Positions 22,310 through 30,660 of a DNA stretch of 32,612 bases are shown piece after piece; the first letter of the stretch is position 1, and each line of letters starts with the position of its first letter. The stretch spans positions 1-32,612 of the forward strand of contig JAGDCK010000097.1 of the NCBI GenBank assembly GCA_017958585.1, given 5' to 3'. The notes below the pieces were generated by a model, which saw only the letters and a list, made by a program, of their open reading frames with translations, ran no database searches and had not been told where the DNA came from. The position numbers and the translations under genes are program-made. The DNA comes from Lachnospiraceae bacterium (lineage in GTDB: Bacteria > Bacillota > Clostridia > Lachnospirales > Lachnospiraceae).

Positions 22310-22807
22310 ATGAATTTAATAGTAGCGGTTGACTCAAACTGGGCCATAGGAAACAAGGGAAAGCTTCTTGTGAGTATCCCAAATGACCACAAGAATTTCA
22401 GACTTCTGACCACCGGAAAGACAGTGATACTGGGCAGAAAGACCATGGATACCTTCCCCCAGGGACAGCCTTTAAAGAACAGGACAAACATCATCCTGTC
22501 GAGAAACAGTTCCTACAGCGTAAAGGATGCGGTGGTAGCCCATTCCATAGATGAAGTGTTAAAATACCTGAAAGACAATAACATCCCCTCCGAGGAGGCA
22601 TATGTTATCGGTGGAGACAGTATTTACAAGGCAATGCTTGAATATTGCGATACGGCCATCATCACAAAGATAGATCACGCCTATGAGGCCGATGCCTATT
22701 TCCCAAACCTTGACAAGGATCCCGAATGGGAAGTGGTGGATGAGAGCGAAGAGCAGACATATTTTGATATCACATATACTTTTGTGACATACAAAAGAAG
22801 ACAGTAA
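22310..22807 (+). CDS. folA: Dihydrofolate reductase
   Basis: The protein is 165 aa. It starts MNLIVAVDSNWAIGNKGKLL and contains VILGRKT and VIGGDSIY. It sits directly downstream of thyA, the usual pairing. Confidence 0.9.
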   Translation: MNLIVAVDSNWAIGNKGKLLVSIPNDHKNFRLLTTGKTVILGRKTMDTFPQGQPLKNRTNIILSRNSSYSVKDAVVAHSIDEVLKYLKDNNIPSEEAYVIGGDSIYKAMLEYCDTAIITKIDHAYEADAYFPNLDKDPEWEVVDESEEQTYFDITYTFVTYKRRQ

Positions 22808-22822
22808 TACACGGACGAAATA

Positions 22823-22868
22823 CCCCTTCAAAAATTGCCAAAAACAATTGGCCTTGAAGGGGTTTTTT
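22823..22868 (+). terminator. Rho-independent terminator
   Basis: ccccttcaa (22823-22831) pairs with ttgaagggg (22854-22862), with inner CCAA/TTGG pairing. TTTTTT follows (22863-22868). Confidence 0.8.
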
Positions 22869-22920
22869 GTGCGAATTGTGAGAAAATACTTTAATAGGTT
22901 AACGTGTAAAATATTTTTCG

Positions 22921-22949
22921 TTGACTTTTTAAAATGAAAGTATGATAAT
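22921..22949 (+). promoter_or_regulatory. Candidate sigma-A promoter for ilvE
   Basis: TTGACT (22921-22926), a 17-nt spacer, then GATAAT (22944-22949). Confidence 0.5.
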
Positions 22950-22995
22950 TGATAGCAAAGTAAAACCTGAAATAAAAAGAAAGAGGGAAATGCAA

Positions 22996-24021
22996 ATGGA
23001 AAAGAAGAATATTGACTGGTCAAGTCTTGGCTTCGGCTACGTTCAGACTGATGCGAGATATGTATCTTATTACAAGAACGGAGCATGGGATGAGGGAGCG
23101 ATTACCTCAGATGCAAATATTGTGCTCAACGAGTGCGCCGGAGTTCTTCAGTATGCTCAGACCGTGTTTGAGGGACTTAAAGCTTACACAACGGAAGACG
23201 GACACATCGTCACATTCCGTCCCGACCTTAACGCAGAGAGACTGGAGCAGTCCGCTAAGAGACTTGAAATTCCCGTTTTCCCTAAGGATAGATTTATCGA
23301 TGCGGTTAACAAGGTAGTTTCAGCCAATGAGGCATGGGTTCCTCCCTACGGAAGCGGCGCTACTTTATATATCCGCCCTTATATTTTCGGTTCAAATCCG
23401 GTTATCGGAGTTAAGCCCGCAGAGGAGTATCAGTTCAGAATCCTCTGTACACCTGTTGGTCCTTACTTCAAGGGCGGCGCAAAACCCATCACCATCAAAG
23501 TCAGTGATTTTGACCGTGCGGCACCGAGAGGAACAGGAAATATCAAAGCGGGTCTTAACTATGCGATGAGCCTTCATGCCATCGTTACAGCTCACAAGGA
23601 GGGATTCGATGAGAACATGTATCTCGATCCCGCCACAAGATCAAAGGTTGAGGAGACAGGCGGAGCAAACTTCCTCTTTGTCACAAAGGACAACAAGGTT
23701 GTAACTCCCAAGTCAGATTCCATCCTTCCTTCCATCACCAGAAGAAGCCTCGTATATGTGGCAAAGGAATATCTGGGACTTGAGGTTGAGGAGAGAGAAG
23801 TATACTTTGATGAGGTTAAGGATTTTGCAGAGGCCGGTCTTTGCGGTACGGCAGCAGTTATCTCACCTGTAGGAAAGATCGTAGATCACGGCAAGGAGAT
23901 ATGCCTTCCCAGCGGCATGAGCGAGATGGGACCTGTCACAAAGAAGCTTTACGAGACTCTCACAGGTATCCAGATGGGCAGAATCGAAGCACCCGAAGGC
24001 TGGATCCACACAATCAAATAA
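22996..24021 (+). CDS. ilvE: Branched-chain amino acid aminotransferase (class IV PLP enzyme)
   Basis: The ATG at 22996 sits about 8 nt after AGAGGGA. The N-terminus MEKKNIDWSSLGFGYVQTD is typical of this enzyme. The sequence also contains FEGLKAY, LYIRPY, the GTGNIKAGLNY region and GGANFLFV. Confidence 0.85.
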   Translation: MEKKNIDWSSLGFGYVQTDARYVSYYKNGAWDEGAITSDANIVLNECAGVLQYAQTVFEGLKAYTTEDGHIVTFRPDLNAERLEQSAKRLEIPVFPKDRFIDAVNKVVSANEAWVPPYGSGATLYIRPYIFGSNPVIGVKPAEEYQFRILCTPVGPYFKGGAKPITIKVSDFDRAAPRGTGNIKAGLNYAMSLHAIVTAHKEGFDENMYLDPATRSKVEETGGANFLFVTKDNKVVTPKSDSILPSITRRSLVYVAKEYLGLEVEEREVYFDEVKDFAEAGLCGTAAVISPVGKIVDHGKEICLPSGMSEMGPVTKKLYETLTGIQMGRIEAPEGWIHTIK

Positions 24022-24042
24022 GTTATACCCTGAAAACTATTT

Positions 24043-24087
24043 ACCACAAAGTTGTCGACCAAAGGACAACTTTGTGGTACTTTTGTT
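24043..24087 (+). terminator. Rho-independent terminator
   Basis: A 14-bp perfect stem forms between accacaaagttgtc (24043-24056) and gacaactttgtggt (24065-24078). T-rich acttttgtt follows. Confidence 0.8.
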
Positions 24088-24134
24088 ATTAGAGATTTTT
24101 TCTTGAGTCAGTTTTTTAAAACAGGGTATTTTTG

Positions 24135-25175
24135 ATGAAAAAAGCATTCAGATCAGTTTGTAACTTAATACTGCTTGGCATTATAACGTTATCTCTCTGC
24201 GGCTGTGAGATAAAGGGAAAAGAGGTCGTTTTTACCACCGGCTTTGCGGGCAATGAAGTGTTCAGGATAAATGACTTATCCTGCAGTGAAGCTGAGGTGC
24301 TTGTGTATCTTACCAATATCCAGAATGCCTATGAAGGCGTCTACGGAGCCCATATTTGGGAGTCTGAGCACGACGGCGTGATCCTGTCGGATGACTTAAA
24401 GGAAAGTGTTCTTGCCAGGATCGCCGGCATAAAATCCATGTATCTTTTGTCTGTTGATAAGGGGATCGAACTTACAGAGAGTGAGAAGGAAAAGGTAAAA
24501 AAAGCGGCAAGCGAATACTACGGATCCCTGTCAAAAAAGGAAAAGAATCTTCTTGGTGTGTCGGAGGATCTGATAGAGGAAATGTATACCGAATACGCTC
24601 TTTCGGACAAGGTTTACAGGACTCTCATATCCGATATAAATCCCGAGATCTCTGACGATGAAGCCAGGACCATCATAGTACAGGTGATTTTTATCGCATC
24701 AGATAACAGGGACAGTACTGCTGAGACATCATACGGAAAGAGAAAGGCTTACAATAAAGCCATGGATGTTTACCGACTTGCAACTGAAGAGGGGGCAGAT
24801 TTTGCAACTATCGCAGCCCAGTACAGTGATGACGATGAACTTATCTATTCTCTCGGAAGGGAGTATATCGAGGATGACGGATATCTGCCTGCCTTTGACC
24901 TTAGTAACGGAGAGATAAGCAATGTCAGCGAATGCATTGACGGATACAGGATTTTTAAATGTGTAAGTGCCTTTGACAGAGAGGAAACAGAACTCAACAA
25001 GGAAAAGATCATAGAAAAGCGTAGGCGGGAAGCCTTCAGCGAAGAATATGATGTATATGTGGAGACATTGAGAAAGCAGTTTAATGAAGAACTGTGGAAA
25101 GACATCAGTCTTATCAGGGATGAGGAAGTGGATACATCGGATTTCTTTGAGATAATAGACAAAGCCATATCGTGA
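24135..25175 (+). CDS. Lipoprotein, PrsA/SurA-like foldase (parvulin-type PPIase-like)
   Basis: A lipobox ITLSLCGC follows a hydrophobic N-terminus. The overall pattern is that of PrsA-like proteins: an N-terminal chaperone-like helical region and a C-terminal ...FATIAAQYSDD...GYRIFKC segment. I did not verify catalytic residues. Confidence 0.55.
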   Translation: MKKAFRSVCNLILLGIITLSLCGCEIKGKEVVFTTGFAGNEVFRINDLSCSEAEVLVYLTNIQNAYEGVYGAHIWESEHDGVILSDDLKESVLARIAGIKSMYLLSVDKGIELTESEKEKVKKAASEYYGSLSKKEKNLLGVSEDLIEEMYTEYALSDKVYRTLISDINPEISDDEARTIIVQVIFIASDNRDSTAETSYGKRKAYNKAMDVYRLATEEGADFATIAAQYSDDDELIYSLGREYIEDDGYLPAFDLSNGEISNVSECIDGYRIFKCVSAFDREETELNKEKIIEKRRREAFSEEYDVYVETLRKQFNEELWKDISLIRDEEVDTSDFFEIIDKAIS

Positions 25176-25259
25176 TGCGAGATGGCAAAGAAGTATAAAG
25201 CTTACTATGAACGGAGGTTTGCTGTCTTCGATACGGTAAAGTTTGCTCCGTGTATAGGT

Positions 25260-25288
25260 TTGACGGGGAATTTTTTTAGTGATATTAT
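25260..25288 (+). promoter_or_regulatory. Candidate sigma-A promoter for proS
   Basis: TTGACG (25260-25265), a 17-nt spacer, then TATTAT (25283-25288). Confidence 0.5.
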
Positions 25289-25331
25289 TGAATGCATGTT
25301 ATTAGTTTATTAATTGGAGGATTTTTAGCTC

Positions 25332-27053
25332 ATGAAGGTTTCTAAGTTATTGGGCGAGACAATGAAGCAGGCTCCCGCAGACTGCAGTATTGAAAGCCAG
25401 AAGATCATGGTTCGCGGTGGATATATGAAGCATATGCACAATGGAATATATTCATTGTTCACACCCACCAGATATATTACAAAAAAGATCGAGAACATCA
25501 TCAGAGAAGAGATGGATGCCATTGACGGACAGGAAGTTCTCTTCCCCGTTGTGATGCCCGCTTCCCTCTGGAGAGAGTCCGGCAGATATGAGAGCATCGG
25601 CAAGGAGATGGCTCGTTTCAAGGACAGATCAAACAATGACATGGTCCTTGGTATGACCCACGAGGAGGCAGCGGTTCATCTTGCAAAGAATACCGCAAAA
25701 TCCTACGCTCAGTATCCTTTCATGATCTATCAGATACAGACAAAATTCCGTGATGAGCCCAGAGCCCGTGGCGGACTTATCAGAGTAAGAGAGTTTACCA
25801 TGAAGGATGCTTACTCTTTCCATACAAGCCAGGAGGATCTGGAAGATTATTATGAGAAGGCTCTTGAAGCATACAACAGGATATTCCGTCGCTGCGGTGT
25901 AAAGAATTTCGTGGCTGTAAAGTCTGACTCGGGTATGATGGGAGGAAGCATTTCCCATGAGTTCATGCTCCTTACAGATATCGGTGAGGACACACTTGCA
26001 ATCTGTCCTGAGTGCGGTTACAAGGCAAATATGGAGGCGGCTGATGTATATGTGGAAAACAACCGTCCTTCTTCAGGCGAATATAAAAAGGTAAACACTC
26101 CCGGAACCACCACCATCGAATCCTTGCATGAGTTTTTAAAGACCTCAGAGGATTCCATGATAAAGGCTGTGGTTTACCAGAGAAACCTTGATGATTCCTA
26201 CGTAGTAGTATTTATCCGTGCTGACCTTGAAGTGAACGAGACAAAGCTCAGAAACTATCTGCAGTCAGAGGTTCATGCCGCTGTCATCACAGAGGAGAGC
26301 GGTATCGTTGCAGGATTTATCGGCCCTGTAAACTTTAAGGGAAATGCCACAGTTGTATATGATTCATCCATCAAAGGTTTAAAGGATGCAAGCTGCGGTG
26401 CAAATGAGGTGGATTACCATCTTACAGGTGTTGATGTGGACAGAGATCTCGGAGATATTGAGACCGTGGATGTGGCAAAGATCCAGGCAGGTTTCGTATG
26501 TCCCGGATGTGGCAAAAAGACTATCACCATCAGTAACGGTATCGAGATCGGAAACATCTTCCAGCTTGGAACAAAGTATACCAAGTCCATGGAGATGACA
26601 TATATTGACAAGGACGGCATTGAGAAGAATCCCATCATGGGATGCTACGGAATCGGTGTCGGAAGACTCTGCGCTTCAATCTGTGAGGAGAGTCATGACG
26701 AGTATGGTCCCATCTGGCCCATGTCCATCGCTCCCTGGCAGGTAGAGATCTGTAATCTTCGTCCCGACAATGAGGAAGTAAATGAGTATGCAAACAAGCT
26801 CTATGAAGACCTCAAAAAGGCAAAGGTTGAAGTTCTCTATGATGACAGAGTAATTCGTCCCGGTGCAATGTTTGCGGATGCAGATCTTTTTGGTGTACCT
26901 GTGAGAGTTATCGTCAGTCCCAAGAACATGGAGAAGGGTGTTGTGGAACTGGTATACCGTGACAAAACCTTCAAGGGTGAGATCCCTCTTGATGATGCAT
27001 TTGAGAGCATCAAAGAGCATGTAAAGAAGCTTCTTTCCATGTATGAAGAGTAA
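25332..27053 (+). CDS. proS: Proline--tRNA ligase (bacterial type with an editing insertion)
   Basis: The protein is 573 aa. The N-terminus reads MKVSKLLGETMKQAPADCSIESQKIMVRGGYM. Class II motifs are present (FRDEPRARGGLIRVREFTMKDAYSF; GCYGIGVGRL). The central insertion is the size expected for an INS editing domain. Confidence 0.9.
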   Translation: MKVSKLLGETMKQAPADCSIESQKIMVRGGYMKHMHNGIYSLFTPTRYITKKIENIIREEMDAIDGQEVLFPVVMPASLWRESGRYESIGKEMARFKDRSNNDMVLGMTHEEAAVHLAKNTAKSYAQYPFMIYQIQTKFRDEPRARGGLIRVREFTMKDAYSFHTSQEDLEDYYEKALEAYNRIFRRCGVKNFVAVKSDSGMMGGSISHEFMLLTDIGEDTLAICPECGYKANMEAADVYVENNRPSSGEYKKVNTPGTTTIESLHEFLKTSEDSMIKAVVYQRNLDDSYVVVFIRADLEVNETKLRNYLQSEVHAAVITEESGIVAGFIGPVNFKGNATVVYDSSIKGLKDASCGANEVDYHLTGVDVDRDLGDIETVDVAKIQAGFVCPGCGKKTITISNGIEIGNIFQLGTKYTKSMEMTYIDKDGIEKNPIMGCYGIGVGRLCASICEESHDEYGPIWPMSIAPWQVEICNLRPDNEEVNEYANKLYEDLKKAKVEVLYDDRVIRPGAMFADADLFGVPVRVIVSPKNMEKGVVELVYRDKTFKGEIPLDDAFESIKEHVKKLLSMYEE

Positions 27054-27109
27054 TCAAGAGGATAGACATCAGATTTTATAAAAAGTTTATAATAAAAATC
27101 ATTATTTTA

Positions 27110-27136
27110 TTAGCACTCTTTTAAAAAGAGTGCTAA
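27110..27136 (+). promoter_or_regulatory. CIRCE element (HrcA operator), a perfect match to the consensus
   Basis: TTAGCACTC-ttttaaaaa-GAGTGCTAA matches TTAGCACTC-N9-GAGTGCTAA exactly. It lies 128 nt upstream of the htpG start, and a TATAAT at 27088-27093 lies just upstream of it. Confidence 0.85.
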
Positions 27137-27263
27137 TATTGTTTTTGGGTGAAAAATCCGACAGGAGTTAAGCCCACAAAGCGACAGACTTTTGCCGGTC
27201 GCATATTAAAAAAAGAACAGCCGGCGTACCCGGCAAAAATTTATAAAAAGGGAGTGTTCATCA

Positions 27264-29324
27264 ATGGCAACAAAACAGGGAAGTTTATCAATCAACAGCG
27301 AAAATATTTTCCCCATCATCAAAAAGTGGTTATATTCCGATCATGATATCTTTTATCGTGAGCTTATTTCCAACGGATGTGATGCCGTGACAAAACTTAA
27401 GAAATTAAACATGATGGGAGAGTACGAACTCCCCGAAGGTTACAAGGGAAAGATCGAAGTCATCTGTGACCCTGACAAAAAGACCCTTACATTTAAGGAC
27501 AACGGTCTTGGAATGACAGCGGATGAGGTTGAGGAGTACATCAATCAGATCGCTTTTTCCGGTGCAACCGACTTTATTGAAAAATACAAGGACAAGAGTA
27601 ATTCAGATCAGATCATAGGCCACTTCGGTCTCGGTTTTTATTCCGCATTCATGGTGGCTGATGAAGTTCATATTGATACCCTCTCATACAAGGACGGCGC
27701 AAAGGCTGTTCACTGGGAGTGCGACGGCGGAACAGAATTTACCATGGAGGACGGCGACAGGGCTGAAGTGGGAACCACCATCACCCTCTTTATCAATGAG
27801 GACTGCCTTGAGTTTTGCAATGAATACAAGGCAAAGGAAGTTGTAAAGAAGTATTGTTCATTCATGCCGATCGAGATTTATCTCTCTAAGGCAAATACCG
27901 CTGAGACCCAGATCATTAAAGTAGATGAGAAGCTTGACAGTGACGAGGTGGTAGAGGAGATCCATCCCGAGGTAAAGGACGGCAAGGCAGAGGGTGAAGA
28001 AAAATTAAAGATCAAAAAGCGTCCCGAGCTTATGAACGAGACCACACCTCTTTGGACAAAGACACCAAGTGAGTGTACCGACGATGAGTACAAAGAGTTC
28101 TACCGCAAGGTATTCCAGGATTACAAGGAGCCCCTTTTCTGGATCCACCTGAACATGGACTATCCTTTTAACTTAAAGGGAATCCTCTATTTCCCCAAGA
28201 TCAACATGGAGTATGAATCCATTGAGGGAACCATAAAACTTTACAATAATCAGGTGTTCATCGCAGATAACATCAAGGAAGTCATCCCTGAGTTTTTACT
28301 GTTGTTAAAGGGTGTTATCGATTGTCCGGATCTGCCTCTTAACGTATCACGATCCGCTCTTCAGAACGACGGATTTGTAAAGAAGATCTCCGATTATATC
28401 ACAAAGAAGGTGGCTGACAAGCTTTCCGGAATGTGCAAGACGGACAAAGAAAACTATGAGAAATACTGGGATGATATCTCTCCATTCATCAAATACGGTT
28501 GCTTAAGAGACGAGAAATTCTGCCAGAAGATGAACGACTATATTCTCTTCAAGAACATTGATGACAAATATCTCACCCTTCCCGAGTGCCTCGAGACAAA
28601 GCCCCTTGACACAGAGGAGGAGAATGCCACCGATGAAAATGGTGAAAAGGTTGAAGCTGAAGTGGTGGATGATGCAAAGGATGAGGCTTCAGACGGCGCA
28701 GATGAAAAGAAGGAAAAGACCATCTACTACGTAACAGATCCCGTTCAGCAGAGCCAGTACATCAACATGTTCAAGAACGCAAAGATGGATGCGGTGGTTC
28801 TCACCCACAATATCGACCAGCCCTTCATCCAGAGACTTGAATCCACAAATGAGAATGTTAAGTTCTTAAGGATCGACTCCGATGTGACAGAGGCATTAAA
28901 GTCAAAGACTTCAAAGAAGGTGGAGGAAGAACTTGCAGCAATGGCTTCAACCATCACAGACCTTATGAAGAAGGCTCTTGGCAATGACAAGATCGAAGTC
29001 AAGGTGGAGAAGTTAAAGAACAAAAAGATCGCATCTGTTCTCACAAAGAGTGAGGAGAGCAGGCGTATGGAAGATATGATGAAGATGTACGCCCAGACGG
29101 GATTAAATATGGGTGACTTTGGCAAGGAGGGCGAGACTCTTATATTAAATGCAAACCACCCTCTTGTAAGCTTCGTGTCAGAGCACAAGGATGATGAGAA
29201 TGCAAAGACCATCTGCGAACAGCTCTATGATCTGGCAAAGATCCAGCAGGCACCTCTCTCGGCTGAGGACATGACTAAATTCATTCAGAGAAGTAACGAT
29301 ATCATGCTTCTTCTCACAAAATAA
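27264..29324 (+). CDS. htpG: Molecular chaperone HtpG (Hsp90 family)
   Basis: RBS AGGGAG lies upstream. The N-terminus reads GSLSINSENIFPIIKKWLYSDHDIFYRELISNGCDA. The sequence also contains DNGLGMT, IGHFGLGFYSAFMVA and the NVSRSALQ region. Confidence 0.9.
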   Translation: MATKQGSLSINSENIFPIIKKWLYSDHDIFYRELISNGCDAVTKLKKLNMMGEYELPEGYKGKIEVICDPDKKTLTFKDNGLGMTADEVEEYINQIAFSGATDFIEKYKDKSNSDQIIGHFGLGFYSAFMVADEVHIDTLSYKDGAKAVHWECDGGTEFTMEDGDRAEVGTTITLFINEDCLEFCNEYKAKEVVKKYCSFMPIEIYLSKANTAETQIIKVDEKLDSDEVVEEIHPEVKDGKAEGEEKLKIKKRPELMNETTPLWTKTPSECTDDEYKEFYRKVFQDYKEPLFWIHLNMDYPFNLKGILYFPKINMEYESIEGTIKLYNNQVFIADNIKEVIPEFLLLLKGVIDCPDLPLNVSRSALQNDGFVKKISDYITKKVADKLSGMCKTDKENYEKYWDDISPFIKYGCLRDEKFCQKMNDYILFKNIDDKYLTLPECLETKPLDTEEENATDENGEKVEAEVVDDAKDEASDGADEKKEKTIYYVTDPVQQSQYINMFKNAKMDAVVLTHNIDQPFIQRLESTNENVKFLRIDSDVTEALKSKTSKKVEEELAAMASTITDLMKKALGNDKIEVKVEKLKNKKIASVLTKSEESRRMEDMMKMYAQTGLNMGDFGKEGETLILNANHPLVSFVSEHKDDENAKTICEQLYDLAKIQQAPLSAEDMTKFIQRSNDIMLLLTK

Positions 29325-29345
29325 AAAATACACATACGTGATCCT

Positions 29346-29375
29346 AAAGAGCGCCCGTTTGGGCGCTCTTTGCGT
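29346..29375 (+). terminator. Probable terminator after htpG
   Basis: An 11-bp perfect stem forms between aaagagcgccc (29346-29356) and gggcgctcttt (29361-29371) around a gttt loop. The downstream T-run is weak. Confidence 0.65.
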
Positions 29376-29426
29376 TATGGCAACGAACAAAACGGATGAC
29401 TGCCTTTCTCGGTTTATCGTATTTTC

Positions 29427-29455
29427 TTGACCATTTACGGGTAAAAGTGTATAAG
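29427..29455 (+). promoter_or_regulatory. Candidate sigma-A promoter for the chromate-transporter pair
   Basis: TTGACC (29427-29432), a 17-nt spacer, then TATAAG (29450-29455). Confidence 0.5.
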
Positions 29456-29483
29456 TATGAATTGTGAAAGAAGGTATTTATAC

Positions 29484-30035
29484 ATGAAAAAAATATTTGC
29501 GCTGTTTCTTGATATGCTTTATATCTCCGCATTTACGTTCGGTGGAGGATTTGTGATCGTCTCCATCATGAAAAAGAAATTTGTGGATGAAAAGAAACTT
29601 ATTACGGACGAAGAGATGATGGATTTTACCGCCATTGCCCAGTCATCCCCGGGAGCCATCGCAGTGAATGCGGCGATCCTTGTGGGAAGGAAAGTGGCGG
29701 GATTTCCCGGAATGGCAGTGGCAGTACTTGGAACCATCATTCCGCCCATAGTGATAATCTCAATTATATCTTTTTTTTATGCGGCTTTTGCCTCAAACAC
29801 TTATGTGGCTCTTATGTTAAAGGGAATGAGCGCAGGGGTCTCCGCTGTTGTGTTGGACGTTGCTTTATCCCTTTTTACGGATGAGATAAAGGGTAAAAAG
29901 ATCCTTGGGATGATCTTAGGGATATGTGCTTTTGCGGCAACTTTTTTCTTTGGAATAAATGTGGTTTATATAATTCTTTTTTCGGCCATTGCGGGAATAC
30001 TTGTAAGTGCATTTTCAAAAAGGAGGGCTGAGTGA
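29484..30035 (+). CDS. Chromate transporter family protein, short-chain half (CHR family)
   Basis: The ATG at 29484 follows GAAAGAAGG. The sequence shows FTFGGGFVIVSIM...AIAQSSPGAIAVNAA, which is typical of the Chromate_transp domain. The protein is multi-pass and hydrophobic. Confidence 0.8.
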   Translation: MKKIFALFLDMLYISAFTFGGGFVIVSIMKKKFVDEKKLITDEEMMDFTAIAQSSPGAIAVNAAILVGRKVAGFPGMAVAVLGTIIPPIVIISIISFFYAAFASNTYVALMLKGMSAGVSAVVLDVALSLFTDEIKGKKILGMILGICAFAATFFFGINVVYIILFSAIAGILVSAFSKRRAE

Positions 30036-30592
30036 TGCTTTATCTTAAACTGTTCCTTGCCTTTTTGAAGGTTGGCCTGTTTTCCATTGGCGGCGGATAT
30101 GCTGCGATCCCAATAATCGCATCCGGAGTGGTGGAAGGATATGGGTGGATCACGGAAGCGGAGTTTGCGGATCTTATGACGGTGGCGGAGATGACGCCGG
30201 GACCTGTTGCAGTCAATTCGGCCACATTTGTGGGGATGAAACTTTTGGGATTCCCCGGAGCTCTTGTTGCCACTGCAGGCTGTATTCTGCCTTCCTGCGT
30301 TATCGTATCGGTGCTTTTTTGGGCTTATTACAGATACAAGGGTCTGTCAATGCTTGATGCGGTTTTGTCCGCTTTAAGGGGTACTGTGGTGGGTCTTATT
30401 GCGGCAGCGGGCATTAAGCTTCTGACCACGGCCATTTATGTCCCGGGTGCAGATGAAAAGACTTTGGACCCGGTTCAACTGTTTATTTTTGTATTAGCTT
30501 TTATTGTACTTCGATCAAAGAAGGTAAATCCCATTCCCGTCATGCTTTTAAGCGGTTTTCTGGGACTTTTTGTTCATATATTGATACCATAA
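30035..30592 (+). CDS. Chromate transporter family protein, second short-chain half
   Basis: The start overlaps the upstream stop (TGATG), with AAGGAGGG 7 nt upstream. The sequence shows GLFSIGGGYAAIPI...VAEMTPGPVAVNSATFVG. It is the paired half, as in two-gene CHR systems. Confidence 0.8.
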   Translation: MLYLKLFLAFLKVGLFSIGGGYAAIPIIASGVVEGYGWITEAEFADLMTVAEMTPGPVAVNSATFVGMKLLGFPGALVATAGCILPSCVIVSVLFWAYYRYKGLSMLDAVLSALRGTVVGLIAAAGIKLLTTAIYVPGADEKTLDPVQLFIFVLAFIVLRSKKVNPIPVMLLSGFLGLFVHILIP

Positions 30593-30660
30593 TTCCATTG
30601 CTACATGTAGATTATTTTGATATAATTAGAGTATTCTAGGGACAAGAGTGGTGAATGGGC

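Noticed and set aside
22559-23086. A 175-aa minus-strand ORF bridging folA and ilvE.
   Set aside because: It is antisense to two confidently identified genes and to a terminator and promoter. It has no motif support.
25176-25331. A possible T-box leader or attenuator upstream of proS.
   Set aside because: The region is only about 155 nt. It lacks the conserved T-box sequence and a specifier or antiterminator arrangement. Only a 6-bp ACGGAG/CTCCGT pairing is visible. A plain TTGACG-17-TATTAT promoter explains the region.
27149-27346. A 65-aa ORF in the htpG leader.
   Set aside because: It starts with a non-ATG codon, has no RBS, is highly basic, and overlaps the well-supported htpG start in another frame.
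28745-29212. A 155-aa minus-strand ORF inside htpG, plus similar antisense ORFs in proS, ilvE, the kinase and the pilins.
   Set aside because: These antisense shadows of strongly supported genes have Ser/Phe/Leu-rich, low-information translations.
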